A stretch of DNA of 64,000 nucleotides from Minisyncoccota bacterium (GCA_041661645.1 JBAZUA010000002.1:19670-83669), one strand, 5' to 3'; counted from the first letter of the stretch, positions 8,419 through 17,405 are shown. The notes: generated by a model from the letters alone, not told the origin. Numbers and translations are program-made.

Positions 8419-9309
8419 ATGTCGGCGTCCCTCTCGTTCAAGGCCATCGGGACGGCGTGGACGATAGACATCGTCGACGAACTTTCGGCGGACTCCCTTA
8501 GGGCTCTCGAGACGGCCGTCAGGGCGCGAGTCGAGAAGTTCGAGCAGGCGTATTCGAGATTCAGGAAGGATTCGATAGTGGCAGACATCGCGCGCTCCGC
8601 AGGGACGCGCGATTTGCCTGTCGATGCCGAGCCGATGATGAGACTGTATCGCGAGATGTACGACCTGACGCACGGGCTCATGACCCCTCTCATCGGCGTA
8701 ACCATCTCTGACGCGGGATATGACGCCTCGTACTCGCTCGTGCCGAAAAAGGAGATTCGAAAGCCAAGAGCCTGGGACGAGGTGATGGAATATCGTGCAC
8801 CGACCCTTGTCACCAAGGAGCCCGTCATGCTCGATTTCGGCGCCATAGGCAAGGGATACTGCATCGATATCGTGGCTGGCCTGTTGCGAGCGGCGGGGAT
8901 CAGGTCCTTCATCGTCGAGGCGGGAGGGGACATGGCGCATCAGGGAGGCGAGCCTATGAGGGTCGGCCTCGAGGATCCGACTGACCCCGACAAGATGGTC
9001 GGCATTGTGACCGTGGCGAACGCGAGTGTCTGTGGGTCGGCAGGGAACAGGAGGGCCTGGGACAAGTACCATCACGTGATGAACCCAAACACGGCGACAT
9101 CGCCTCGGCACATTCTCGCGCTGTGGACCGTCGCAGAGACCACGGCCCTTGCAGATGCCTTGGCCACGGCACTTTTCTTTGCCGATCCCGTCGCCCTACG
9201 CACCAAATTCTCGTTTGAATACGCACTACTCTATGCCGACCATACCGCCGAGGTGTCCACGGGATTTCCAGGCAAGTTGTTTGGCGACAAGGCGGGCAAA
9301 AAGGTTTAA
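8419..9309 (+). CDS. apbE: FAD:protein FMN transferase (ApbE family).
   Basis: The ApbE signature AIGKGYCIDIVAGLL and the overall length match the family. It lies immediately downstream of an FMN-binding protein gene. Confidence 0.8.
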   Translation: MSASLSFKAIGTAWTIDIVDELSADSLRALETAVRARVEKFEQAYSRFRKDSIVADIARSAGTRDLPVDAEPMMRLYREMYDLTHGLMTPLIGVTISDAGYDASYSLVPKKEIRKPRAWDEVMEYRAPTLVTKEPVMLDFGAIGKGYCIDIVAGLLRAAGIRSFIVEAGGDMAHQGGEPMRVGLEDPTDPDKMVGIVTVANASVCGSAGNRRAWDKYHHVMNPNTATSPRHILALWTVAETTALADALATALFFADPVALRTKFSFEYALLYADHTAEVSTGFPGKLFGDKAGKKV

Positions 9310-9321
9310 TATTGTACGCAC

Positions 9322-9699
9322 ATGAATACACTTCAAAACTACGCACCCACGATGCTTCGAGTCGGTCTCGGTGCGGTCTTTCTCTGGTTCGGATACGACC
9401 AGTTTGCCCATACCGTGAATTGGGTTGATTTCGTGCCTGACTATGTCATTAGTCTCTCCGGTATGTCGGCCCACACCCTTGTCCTTCTGAACGGCGCGCT
9501 CGAGCTCGTCGGTGGAACGGCCCTCATCCTCGGCTTCTACACCCGATTCTTCGCCTTCATCCTCGCATTGCATCTGGTCGAGATAACCGTGACTGTTGGC
9601 TATGGCGCCCTCGGCGTCCGCGACTTCGGCCTCACCGTCGCGACCTTCGCGTCATGGATGTTCGGCGGCGGCCCGCTCTCTCTCGATAAAAAGGGGTAA
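9322..9699 (+). CDS. DoxX family membrane protein.
   Basis: Four predicted transmembrane helices with a DoxX-like pattern (LRVGLGAVFLWFGYDQF...ALELVGGTALILG). Confidence 0.65.
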   Translation: MNTLQNYAPTMLRVGLGAVFLWFGYDQFAHTVNWVDFVPDYVISLSGMSAHTLVLLNGALELVGGTALILGFYTRFFAFILALHLVEITVTVGYGALGVRDFGLTVATFASWMFGGGPLSLDKKG

Positions 9700-9808
9700 T
9701 AAGGGAATGGCGCAAAGGAGACCGCCCGCAAGGGCGGCCTTTGACTTTTACCTGAAACTCCCTAATATCAAGGCCTGAACAGCAACAATCCAATCGGAGG
9801 AACACAAC

Positions 9809-10225
9809 ATGCTTGGTGGTATACCCGGATGGGATAAGTTTGATCTCGGAAAATATCTGGACCCAAGGGATCAGGACGATACCCTTGAAGGCTACTGGGA
9901 GTCGGGCGCGGTCAAGAACAAGGACGACGAGAGGTCGCTTCATATGTTCTTCAGCCCGAATCGCATACCGAAGGGCCTAACGAACAGCGAAGTGTCGATT
10001 GTCATCGCCCTGTTTCCGATACGCGAGAAGCAGATCGAAAGGGCGTCTGCCCAGCACAGGTCCTCAGAGCTTCCCGCCAGCTTCAGGCCGGCGGCGCTCA
10101 TCATCACTCGGGCGGAGTTCGCCGCAGGCATCGCCGAGTTCCTGGCGGGTTACGTCAGCTCGGAGGGGCCTGCGGTCATCGATATTGACGCGACCGCGCC
10201 GAAGCCGCCGTCGCTGACTGGGTAG
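9809..10225 (+). CDS. Hypothetical protein (138 aa).
   Basis: An ATG with a GGAGG Shine-Dalgarno sequence 6 nt upstream. I recognise no motif. Confidence 0.5.
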   Translation: MLGGIPGWDKFDLGKYLDPRDQDDTLEGYWESGAVKNKDDERSLHMFFSPNRIPKGLTNSEVSIVIALFPIREKQIERASAQHRSSELPASFRPAALIITRAEFAAGIAEFLAGYVSSEGPAVIDIDATAPKPPSLTG

Positions 10226-10235
10226 GCATGAAAGC

Positions 10236-10264
10236 AAAAGCCGCACACGGGTGCGGCTTTTTTA
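10236..10264. terminator. Bidirectional intrinsic terminator.
   Basis: Hairpin gccgcac-acgg-gtgcggc flanked by an A-run and a T-run. It sits between convergent genes. Confidence 0.7.
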
Positions 10265-10543
10265 TTGGTCGTCCATGCAGATGCCTCCCACGTCTCCGAA
10301 GGGAAGACGGGCCCCCGGCGCCGGCTCGCAGCGATATCCCGCGGCGCATTTCATGGCGTCCTTCTTGTTCCCGCCGCAGGCCTCGCCGGCATAGACGCCC
10401 TGATAGGTGATGATTCTCTCGACTAGTTTCGGCACCCAATAGGCCTGGCTGAACAGGAGCCCGATGCCGATGATGATGAGGGCAAACAGGACGAGCCTGA
10501 TGATCCTGATGAGTTTTGGGGCGGTCATGCCGTGCATGTTCAT
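10262..10543 (-). CDS. Membrane-anchored Cys-rich small protein, hypothetical.
   Basis: The track ORF starts at a TTG. The likely start is the internal ATG (MNMHGMTAPK...). One transmembrane helix is followed by a domain with 6 Cys (CGGNKKDAMKCAAGYRCE...GGICMDDQ). Confidence 0.4.
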   Translation of the reverse strand: MNMHGMTAPKLIRIIRLVLFALIIIGIGLLFSQAYWVPKLVERIITYQGVYAGEACGGNKKDAMKCAAGYRCEPAPGARLPFGDVGGICMDDQ

Positions 10544-10618
10544 GCAGACAGTATAGCAAAATAAAGAGGGGTGGAATAAAAAGGGGCGGGACCGCAAGGT
10601 CCCGCCCCTGAATGCCCG

Positions 10619-11425
10619 CTATTTGCTGGCATCGTAATCGTCCGCGAGCTGACTGATGAGCTTGCGCTCCTCGTCGGTGATTTGCCTGCACGTGAGATCG
10701 TTCTCGATCACCGTGCTCCTGATCCTCACGGGCGCGGTCATGCTGTTGAAGGCCCGTCCTGCGGCAAGGAGGTCGAGAAGCACTGTCTTCTCGCCGATCT
10801 TCACCATGTATTTCGGGAAGTCCGTGCGCGCCTTGTAGCCGAACCGCTCATAGACCCGGGCCGAGAGGCCGATATATCTTGCCGCGGCGACTTCCGCCTT
10901 GGCCCGGAGGTTGAAGAGGAACTTGCTCCGATCAAGGCTTCCGGCGTCGATCCATTCGATGACGCTTCCCTCGTCCTCGCGGTCCGTCATGACGATGACG
11001 TTCCCGCCCTTGTTCGCCGAGCGAATCAAGGTCGGGCCGCCGATGTCGGTCTTCTTGATGCATGAGGCGAACGTCGCCTCGGGCCTGGCCAGCTCCTCCT
11101 CCAGGGGATAGAACGTGACATAGAGGAGGTCGATGGTCTTCCATCCGAGTTCCTCGAGCTCCGTATACATCTCGGGAGTCGCCAGAAGCGCTCCGTGAAT
11201 CTGCGGTGCCAGGGTCACCACGCGGTGGTCGAGCACAGGCCCGTAGCCGGTGATCTCGGCGATGTCGGTGACGGCGATGCCGCGTTCGGACAGATACTTT
11301 GCCGTGCCGCCGGACGAGATTATGTCGAATCCGCGCTCGATGAGCTTGGCCGCGAATGTTTCCGATCCTGTCTTGTCGAAGAGGGACAATAAAGCCCGTT
11401 TGTCTGCGCTTTTCTTTGCACTCAT
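10619..11425 (-). CDS. Standalone IMP cyclohydrolase-like protein, homologous to the N-terminal MGS-like domain of PurH.
   Basis: KRALLSLFDKTGSETFAAKLIERGFDIISSGGTAKYL...DHRVVTLAPQIHGALLAT...DIGGPTLIRSANKGG aligns with the PurH IMPCH domain (RALLSVSDK...STGGTA...GRVKTLHPKVHGG...DIGGPTMVRSAAKN). No AICAR transformylase domain is attached. Confidence 0.65.
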   Translation of the reverse strand: MSAKKSADKRALLSLFDKTGSETFAAKLIERGFDIISSGGTAKYLSERGIAVTDIAEITGYGPVLDHRVVTLAPQIHGALLATPEMYTELEELGWKTIDLLYVTFYPLEEELARPEATFASCIKKTDIGGPTLIRSANKGGNVIVMTDREDEGSVIEWIDAGSLDRSKFLFNLRAKAEVAAARYIGLSARVYERFGYKARTDFPKYMVKIGEKTVLLDLLAAGRAFNSMTAPVRIRSTVIENDLTCRQITDEERKLISQLADDYDASK

Positions 11426-11581
11426 GGTTCGAATGATGTGGTTTGAGCGAGTCTCGTCGACGGGGTGTCGAAGATCTGTTGCTTTATCCAGATATTACTC
11501 GGGAGGGTGGTTGTGTCAAATGACATTCTTGCCTTTCTCGCTCGGCTATGTTTCACTGTCGTGGAAAGGAGGACCATAAAC

Positions 11582-11851
11582 ATGGCCTTTAGCGGATTAC
11601 ATTGTCCCCAGTGTAAGGGGAATCTGTTTGATGGCGCGGTGCAGTGTCACCGCTGTGACTTGCCCTTGGGCAAGAAGGAGATGAAGAAGGCTCTCGTCAA
11701 TGAGTTCATGCCCCTGTTTGAAAAGATGGGAACCTGGAGGCTTGTTCGTCTGCGGTTCTGGCTTTTCTTCAGCTTGAAGGGAGCCCTCGTGAGATCCTGG
11801 TGTCGTTCGGTCAGGACCTGTTTCCGTCGGCTGGTCATCGGGTCTATCTGA
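11582..11851 (+). CDS. Small zinc-ribbon protein, hypothetical.
   Basis: An internal ATG of track ORF 11465-11851 gives HCPQCKGN...CHRCD, which is CxxC...CxxC. A terminator-like hairpin and T-run follow at about 11862-11900. Confidence 0.3.
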   Translation: MAFSGLHCPQCKGNLFDGAVQCHRCDLPLGKKEMKKALVNEFMPLFEKMGTWRLVRLRFWLFFSLKGALVRSWCRSVRTCFRRLVIGSI

Positions 11852-11898
11852 CCTCGTCTGTAGGGCCCTTTCGCTTTTCGGAGCGAGGGGGTCCTTTT

Positions 11899-12549
11899 TT
11901 ATTTGACCAACATTTTATTAAACCCAAGCCCGATCAGTTTTCTATACGCCTCCATAACGTGAGAGGGAACCTCGATGGGCACCTGAAAGCCCCTTTCTGG
12001 ATAGACGAATATCTTTTGCACGTCGCTCACCATCGAGTTGATGCAGTCGCTCTTTGATATTCCCCCGGTCGGATATTGGTCGAACGAAAGCTCGATGGAT
12101 GCCGCTATCGACTCCACCTCTGGCCATTGTTTCTTGAGGGTGGCCGAAAGGCGCCTTTCCGTGTAGGGCTTTTGGATGGCGATGATTTTCTTTGCCTCTA
12201 TGCCGCGGTCCCTCAGGAGCTTTTTCGTGAAGATTATGTTGTCTCCCGTGTTCGCCGATTCTTTTTCTACGAGGATCTTTTCCGCCGGGACACCCATGGA
12301 GACGGCGATGTCCGCAAAGGTCTCTGCCTCCGATTTGCTCCATCCTTTTGTCTTGTGCCCGTATCCGCCGGTCATGACCATGAGAGGGGCGAAGCCTCCA
12401 AGGAACAGCTCGGCCCCTCTCTGCGCGGTGCGGATGTCGCGGCCGCCGAACACGACTATGCAGTCGGCTTTTTCCGGAGCCTGACTGAGGCGATGGTAGT
12501 CCCAAAGCGTCTGGGCCAGATCGTCGATGTTTTCGATGCTTGAATTCAT
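11899..12549 (-). CDS. DUF218/YdcF (ElyC/SanA-like) family protein.
   Basis: CIVVFGGRDIRTAQRGAELFLGGFAPLMVMTGGYG is the DUF218 core. The internal ATG (MNSSIENIDD) is preferred over the track start at 12684. That track start would overlap the divergent NUDIX gene. Confidence 0.55.
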   Translation of the reverse strand: MNSSIENIDDLAQTLWDYHRLSQAPEKADCIVVFGGRDIRTAQRGAELFLGGFAPLMVMTGGYGHKTKGWSKSEAETFADIAVSMGVPAEKILVEKESANTGDNIIFTKKLLRDRGIEAKKIIAIQKPYTERRLSATLKKQWPEVESIAASIELSFDQYPTGGISKSDCINSMVSDVQKIFVYPERGFQVPIEVPSHVMEAYRKLIGLGFNKMLVK

Positions 12550-12677
12550 GAATGGTGTAATGCCGTTTTGGCATGTTTTATTGTACCAGACATATCTTCT
12601 GGTTTGCCTGGTATCGTTATATAATCCCAGTATGAAATCGATTACTTCATCGAAAGACTTAGCTAAAAAACCGTAAT

Positions 12678-13145
12678 ATGGCAAAACAATGCGACCATAC
12701 GAGTGTCGGGGTATTTGTGCGGGACGGTGATAAATTGCTGCTCATAGAGCGGGCTCGACCGCCTTACGGCTTTGCCGTGCCGGCCGGCCATGTCGATGGC
12801 GACGCCACGTTCGAGATTGCGGCCGCGAGGGAACTCAAGGAGGAGGTCGGGCTTGATGCCGGTCCCATGAAACTCATCTTTGAGGGCAGGAAAAACAATC
12901 CCTGCAGGAGGGATGGCGGCACGTGGCACGAGTGGAGGCTTTATGACACCACCAGAGTCGGAGAGCTTAGGCGAAGCGAAGACGAGACGAAGCGGGCGAA
13001 TTGGTATGACAAAGACGAGATTAGGCTCTTGGCAGGAAAAACGGAGGCGCGTCTCGGGAGTAAGATATCAGATGAGGAATGGGATAAGAGTCCGGGACTT
13101 GAGCCGGTCATGTATGAATTTTTCAAGGAACTGAAGCTAATCTAA
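12678..13145 (+). CDS. NUDIX hydrolase.
   Basis: The Nudix box GHVDGDATFEIAAARELKEEVGL matches the GX5EX7REUXEEXGU consensus. Confidence 0.75.
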   Translation: MAKQCDHTSVGVFVRDGDKLLLIERARPPYGFAVPAGHVDGDATFEIAAARELKEEVGLDAGPMKLIFEGRKNNPCRRDGGTWHEWRLYDTTRVGELRRSEDETKRANWYDKDEIRLLAGKTEARLGSKISDEEWDKSPGLEPVMYEFFKELKLI

Positions 13146-13149
13146 CTCT

Positions 13150-13614
13150 ATGAAAATAACCCTGTGTGGCAGCATCGGATTTTACAAAGAAATGGAGTCT
13201 GCCCGGGACCAGCTCGCGGGGCTTGGGCACGAGGTGAAGATTCCCGAACTGGCCCTCGAGGTTCCCAGGGAATTCGGGGCAGGAAAGAAGGTGTATTTCG
13301 GCAAGTTCATCGAGGAGAACGGCGGCATTGACGCGTTTCCCGCTGGGCATGCCATATGGAATCTCAAAGAGGGGGCTATCAGGGATCACTATGAGAAGAT
13401 CGACTGGGCCGATGCCATCCTCGTCATCAATAACGAAAAGCGCGGAATCAGCGGGTATGTGGGAGGCAACACCCTCATCGAGATAGGCGTGGCTTTTTAC
13501 CTCAAAAAGAGGATTTTCATCCTGAATCAGGTATCTTCGGAGCTTTCCTACAAGCAGGAGGTCATGGGCATGAAGCCGACGTTTTTGGATGGCGATCTTT
13601 CGCTGATAAAATAG
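13150..13614 (+). CDS. Nucleoside 2-deoxyribosyltransferase-like Rossmann-fold protein.
   Basis: MKITLCGSIGFY...ADAILVINNEKRGISGYVGGNTLIEIGVAFYLKKRIFIL resembles the Nuc_deoxyrib_tr-like pattern (G.....E.G.A). It is paired with the upstream NUDIX gene by a 5-nt gap. Confidence 0.4.
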   Translation: MKITLCGSIGFYKEMESARDQLAGLGHEVKIPELALEVPREFGAGKKVYFGKFIEENGGIDAFPAGHAIWNLKEGAIRDHYEKIDWADAILVINNEKRGISGYVGGNTLIEIGVAFYLKKRIFILNQVSSELSYKQEVMGMKPTFLDGDLSLIK

Positions 13615-13717
13615 GCTGAGAAGGGGTTGAGGCCGATTTTCGGTTTTCTCGGATGGAGGTTCTCGAAAATAGGGATGTGCCTTTGCTTTGCGAGTTGGCG
13701 TTCTCGGGATAGAACCA
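13615..13717 (+). pseudogene. Degenerate 3' remnant of a large-serine-recombinase gene that ends in repeat A (ttggcgttctcgggatagaacca).
   Basis: Positions 13695-13717 are identical to 18717-18739, which are the last codons (LAFSG*) of the recombinase at 17406-18734. The about 80 nt upstream are weakly similar to that gene's 3' end. No intact ORF is present. Confidence 0.45.
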
Positions 13718-13764
13718 AACGGTGCTATAACCAGCAATGCTTCTATGACATTTAAAATCATACC

Positions 13765-13785
13765 AAATCGACCCGTCCTGAGCGA
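13765..13785 (+). repeat. att-like core repeat B, copy 1 (aaatcgacccgtcctgagcga).
   Basis: Identical 21-mer at 18787-18807. Degenerate copies occur at 19625-19643 (accgacctatcctaagcga), 14500-14516 and 36397-36413 (gacgggtcctgagcga). Copy 1 and the 18787 copy both lie about 50 nt downstream of repeat A. Confidence 0.55.
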
Positions 13786-13788
13786 TTG

Positions 13789-14169
13789 CTAGAAACAGAT
13801 CTGTACAAGTATTTCGGCAACACTGCCTAGAATCGCAATAACTAATGAGCTTATGGCAATATATTTTGCCCGATCACTACTTTTCTTAGCTTCTCTAAGT
13901 TCGATGTAGCTCACCAAAGTAGATGCACCTGAGCTTGTTACGAAATAAAGGTACTCACCATTACCAGTGTGATGTGTACCCAGGTGTGCGATTAGTGGCG
14001 GTTCTCCTTGGATTTCTCCCAGCATCATTCTTTTTATCCATATCCACTCATCTTCATTACTAGTGATAGCCTCCTTGAGTTCATTAATTTTGAATCCCAG
14101 GGAACCTCTGTCAAAAGCCCACTGAAGAGCACGAACATGGAGGGGTTCTTTTGAGTTATTTTTTGTCAC
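13789..14169 (-). CDS. Hypothetical protein with a C-terminal transmembrane helix (126 aa).
   Basis: The ORF has a GTG start in the track. It is adjacent to and co-oriented with 14178-14462. I recognise no motif. Confidence 0.35.
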   Translation of the reverse strand: MTKNNSKEPLHVRALQWAFDRGSLGFKINELKEAITSNEDEWIWIKRMMLGEIQGEPPLIAHLGTHHTGNGEYLYFVTSSGASTLVSYIELREAKKSSDRAKYIAISSLVIAILGSVAEILVQICF

Positions 14170-14177
14170 AAAACAAG

Positions 14178-14462
14178 TTATTCAAGAGTCTCTTCACAGA
14201 TGTATGGCTTTCCCTGGGACAAGTCACAGTTTTTGCCACACTCGTAGTCATAATCAGAGTCAGTTGGGTTGTGTTTCGAGACCTGTTCGCCAACCCAGCT
14301 TCTGCAGGCCTCTATTGAATCAAAGGTATATGAACTCTGAATATCATTTGAGAGATTGCTTGCGTCTGGATAATAAAAACCAACATACTCATCGCCCTTC
14401 AGTAAAGAGAATCCCGCCCAACCGACCAAGACTATTAATATCAGGGTTATTAAATCTTTCAT
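14178..14462 (-). CDS. Small secreted/membrane-anchored protein, hypothetical.
   Basis: ATG start with an N-terminal hydrophobic segment (LITLILIVLVGWAGF). It contains 4 Cys. Confidence 0.4.
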   Translation of the reverse strand: MKDLITLILIVLVGWAGFSLLKGDEYVGFYYPDASNLSNDIQSSYTFDSIEACRSWVGEQVSKHNPTDSDYDYECGKNCDLSQGKPYICEETLE

Positions 14463-14499
14463 GTTCCAATTGTATCACTTTCGACAACTCTGCTAAGGG

Positions 14500-14539
14500 G
14501 ACAGGTCCCGAGCGATATAAACTAAACTCAACTTGGTTG
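14500..14539 (+). repeat. 40-bp direct repeat matching the flank of tRNA-Gln. This is the distal boundary of the island.
   Basis: gacaggtcccgagcgatataaactaaactcaacttggttg differs at 2 of 40 positions from 36397-36436. The 36397-36436 copy includes the last 6 nt of the tRNA-Gln gene. The sequences diverge completely outside the 40 bp. Confidence 0.7.
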
Positions 14540-14543
14540 ACCC

Positions 14544-14563
14544 TCTGGGACGATGTTGGAACC
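14544..14563 (+). repeat. Direct repeat C, copy 1 (tctgggacgatgttggaacc).
   Basis: Identical 20-mer at 15666-15685. The pair brackets a 1.1-kb segment holding one gene and two hairpins. Confidence 0.5.
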
Positions 14564-14673
14564 TTTCTGCCTGAAAGCGGTAATTGACATATAGGAATAT
14601 GATGATATTGTACCGCCAGGCTAGAACCCTGAAAAAACTTCACACAAACCACACAAATACGGAGGATCATTCC

Positions 14674-15438
14674 ATGGAATACACTTCAAGTTGCGCTTTT
14701 GTAGCACAGGGCGATATCGTAGTCGGCATCTCGTTTGGATCAGAGCCCTGCAGCGAGCACGAAAATGGGCATGGTGGGCTAAGGGAGGCGTTCGGCATTC
14801 CCCAAGAGTTGACCCGGGAAGTCTGCGGGATCGATGCCCGAACGATTACCAGGAGCCATCCGAAACTTCGGCTGATCGAGGCAGGGAATGTCTCATACCT
14901 CCTGTGTCCGCCCAATGAGACGGTCTACAAGGACATCTCGAATGAGCACATCGACCACATGGTTGGCTTTCTTCCTGGAAAAGGAGTTTCCGGCGCGTGG
15001 GACGACAGCTCTTTCGCGATTCGAATCGCTGGCGAGCATGCCCCATTCCTGAGACGCCTGCACGAGGCTTTTGAGGCAAAGGACATCGTCATCTTCCAGT
15101 CCGGCAAGGGCTTTTGCATGCCAGGCCTCTATTTAATTCTGAGGTCTGCCATGCCGAAGGAAAGCATTGAGGGTTTCGCTTCCGCCGATACCTCGCGCCT
15201 GAACCTGGCCGACGCCGTGGACGCATCGGGAATCAAGGAGCGCCTCAAGGCGGCCGGGAAAAAGTATCTCGCGCTCTCGCCTCGGTGGAGAGATGAAGGG
15301 AATGGTCTCTTCCTTCTCTGGCTCAATCCCTGGCACCAGGATGACGATAACTGCGGCTGGTTCACGGTCAGCGACCTCGATGACTGGATTCTCGGAAAGG
15401 GCCGCATTCCCAAGATGAAAGTCTGCTCAACGAGCTAA
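14674..15438 (+). CDS. Hypothetical protein (254 aa).
   Basis: An internal ATG preceded by a GGAGGA Shine-Dalgarno sequence. The track ORF at 14584 starts further upstream. I recognise no motif. Repeat C flanks it. Confidence 0.5.
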   Translation: MEYTSSCAFVAQGDIVVGISFGSEPCSEHENGHGGLREAFGIPQELTREVCGIDARTITRSHPKLRLIEAGNVSYLLCPPNETVYKDISNEHIDHMVGFLPGKGVSGAWDDSSFAIRIAGEHAPFLRRLHEAFEAKDIVIFQSGKGFCMPGLYLILRSAMPKESIEGFASADTSRLNLADAVDASGIKERLKAAGKKYLALSPRWRDEGNGLFLLWLNPWHQDDDNCGWFTVSDLDDWILGKGRIPKMKVCSTS

Positions 15439-15445
15439 ACGTTCT

Positions 15446-15481
15446 CACACCCACAGGTTTCGACCTGTGGGTGTTTTTTTG
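15446..15481 (+). terminator. Rho-independent terminator.
   Basis: acacccacagg-tttcga-cctgtgggtgt followed by a T7 run. Confidence 0.7.
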
Positions 15482-15609
15482 CCACCCTTTCCATCGACCC
15501 TTACAGGGTCAGTACGGGTTTCCCATTTCTTCGGAATTGGAATTCCTCAGAAATATGGGAGAACCCTTTCGATTCCAAGACGCGGGTCCATTGGACCCGC
15601 TTCCGTGAG

Positions 15610-15659
15610 ACAAACAAAAGAAAGGCCCCGTCATGCGACGGGGCCTTTCTTTTGTTTGT
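15610..15659. repeat. Perfect 23-bp-arm palindrome (acaaacaaaagaaaggccccgtc-atgc-gacggggcctttcttttgtttgt).
   Basis: Read directly. It is unusually long for a terminator and ends 7 nt before repeat C copy 2. Confidence 0.6.
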
Positions 15660-15665
15660 TGGCCG

Positions 15666-15685
15666 TCTGGGACGATGTTGGAACC
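15666..15685 (+). repeat. Direct repeat C, copy 2.
   Basis: Identical to 14544-14563. Confidence 0.5.
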
Positions 15686-15888
15686 CTGATTACCAGATAC
15701 CCTCTAGACGCTAAAAACAGATAAACTATTGACTTATTTAGAATCGTATATCCGTCTGAAAAATCTAAGTTCTAAAATATGCCTTTATAGAGCCATATAA
15801 TGGTAAAGTACATAGACGATCGTAACTTTATCTTGATTTAGACGCTTAAAAGTGCTATTCTGTAGGTACTAATAATCATTTAAACACC

Positions 15889-16428
15889 ATGTCCACAAAG
15901 AAATTCCTCGATCTGTATGAGTTCATAGACCGAGCGGTCAGAAGCAGGAAGTACCCCGAAAGCACAGCGCAGGGGCTTAGGGCGGCCCTTAAACTTTTTG
16001 AAGCCGAGCTGAATGAAGATGAAACGGCTTCTCTGGATGTGTTCAGGCAGAACATTGAACAAATTTATCAGAGCGTTGCCACCAATAACGGTAAACAGTA
16101 TAGCGCAGGATCACTCGCCACCTATAAATCTCGAATAGTAAAGGTGCTCGGCGACTATGAGAAGTATGGCATCGATCCGACCAAGATGGCAAGTTGGTCT
16201 CCAAAACTCATAACTCGAAGCCCGAAGAAGCAGGAGGAAAAAGTTTCTTCGGGAGAGAGCTCTGATCCGCAAGATGATGTGCCGTCTGTATCAGCTCAGG
16301 TGGGTATGCATAAGATTGAACTCGCCCTCCGACCAGATAAGAAGTTCGTTATTATCATCCCTCGAGATATAACTGTCGATGAGGCGAAGATAGTAAAGTC
16401 GGTTCTTGATTCTTTGACGAAAGAGTAA
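15889..16428 (+). CDS. Hypothetical protein (179 aa).
   Basis: ATG start after an AT-rich promoter-like region. A 10-bp-stem hairpin follows at about 16447-16473. I recognise no motif. Confidence 0.45.
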   Translation: MSTKKFLDLYEFIDRAVRSRKYPESTAQGLRAALKLFEAELNEDETASLDVFRQNIEQIYQSVATNNGKQYSAGSLATYKSRIVKVLGDYEKYGIDPTKMASWSPKLITRSPKKQEEKVSSGESSDPQDDVPSVSAQVGMHKIELALRPDKKFVIIIPRDITVDEAKIVKSVLDSLTKE

Positions 16429-16914
16429 GTCTTTGAGCATAAAGAACTGCCGTCTAATTTCTTAGACGGCAGCCCTGGGTGCTCAATACACCCCTGCAGA
16501 TTATTCACGATGGAAAGCGAGTGAAGCCTCAACGTAAGGTCGCCTCGCATCCCATGACCTTTCGGCTAAACCAGTATAGCCAAAAGGCTAATTCAGTCAA
16601 AGTTTAATGTATTCATACACAGTTAGAATTGAAATGCACAGCAACGTATTTCTGAACTTCTCACTTCTTCACATCAAGATGGCGGGTGAGGGTTTCAGCA
16701 GAACGATCGTGGCGGATAATGCTGTTGAGTACCATCTTCCGAGGGCGACTTATGTCATCCGTGGGACCCATCTTTCTTTGTCTCAGGTCCTAGAGGCTGC
16801 AACACGCGCCTTGGCGGGCACAGGACAGACGGGTGAGGTGCTCGTCAGTCAGACAAGTACTTGGAGGTGGAGTGGTCTTGCTCCAGTTAAGCGGTAACTT
16901 AAACGAATAAAAAA

Positions 16915-16953
16915 CTCCGTCGTGGCCCCTGGAAGCCACGACGGAGTTTTTTT
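16915..16953. terminator. Bidirectional intrinsic terminator.
   Basis: ctccgtcgtggc-ccctggaa-gccacgacggag with a 5' A-run and a 3' T7 run. Confidence 0.7.
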
Positions 16954-16964
16954 GCTGCCTTGAT

Positions 16965-17297
16965 TTACTTAATCTGGTTTCTAAGTTTTGCACCATTAAC
17001 TATTTCACTAATTGCTCTGGCGATTTCTTCAACACGTGTCTCGATAAGTTGGTTTGAAAATCTTTTAGTTAAGATATCATCACCATCAGAGTAGTGGTCA
17101 CGTTTTAGATCTGCGAGGATTTGCTTTGAATCGATATAGTGCTGTATTCCATCAATCTCAATAAATAGTTTTGCATCTGGGATGTATAAATCAACATGCT
17201 TATGTCCATCCCAGTACTCTGTCTTGACCTCAACACCTCTTTTCCTTAGCGCCTCCGCCAGTGCAATAGTCTGTTTTGTTGGTACGATAATTGGCAT
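16965..17297 (-). CDS. DUF559-like endonuclease-fold protein (Vsr/MutH-like restriction-endonuclease-like fold).
   Basis: YWDGHKHVDLYIPDAKLFIEIDGIQHY fits the DUF559 core (D...EVDG..H). The gene is AT-rich. Confidence 0.5.
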   Translation of the reverse strand: MPIIVPTKQTIALAEALRKRGVEVKTEYWDGHKHVDLYIPDAKLFIEIDGIQHYIDSKQILADLKRDHYSDGDDILTKRFSNQLIETRVEEIARAISEIVNGAKLRNQIK

Positions 17298-17405
17298 GGG
17301 ATACTAATTTGTATGCTACACTATAGTATGTAGAACCATGGTTAGCAACTGGCTACACTTTCGGTGTGGCTATAAACAAGCAAATACTCGTCCACTTCGG
17401 AAAGC

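Noticed and set aside
14531-14563. Sequence tggttgaccctctgggacgatgttggaacc as the 3' end of a second tRNA, that is, as an integration target.
   Set aside because: The reverse complement does not form a T-arm or acceptor stem and has no TTCGAAT-like loop. Only the first 6 nt (caacca) derive from tRNA-Gln.
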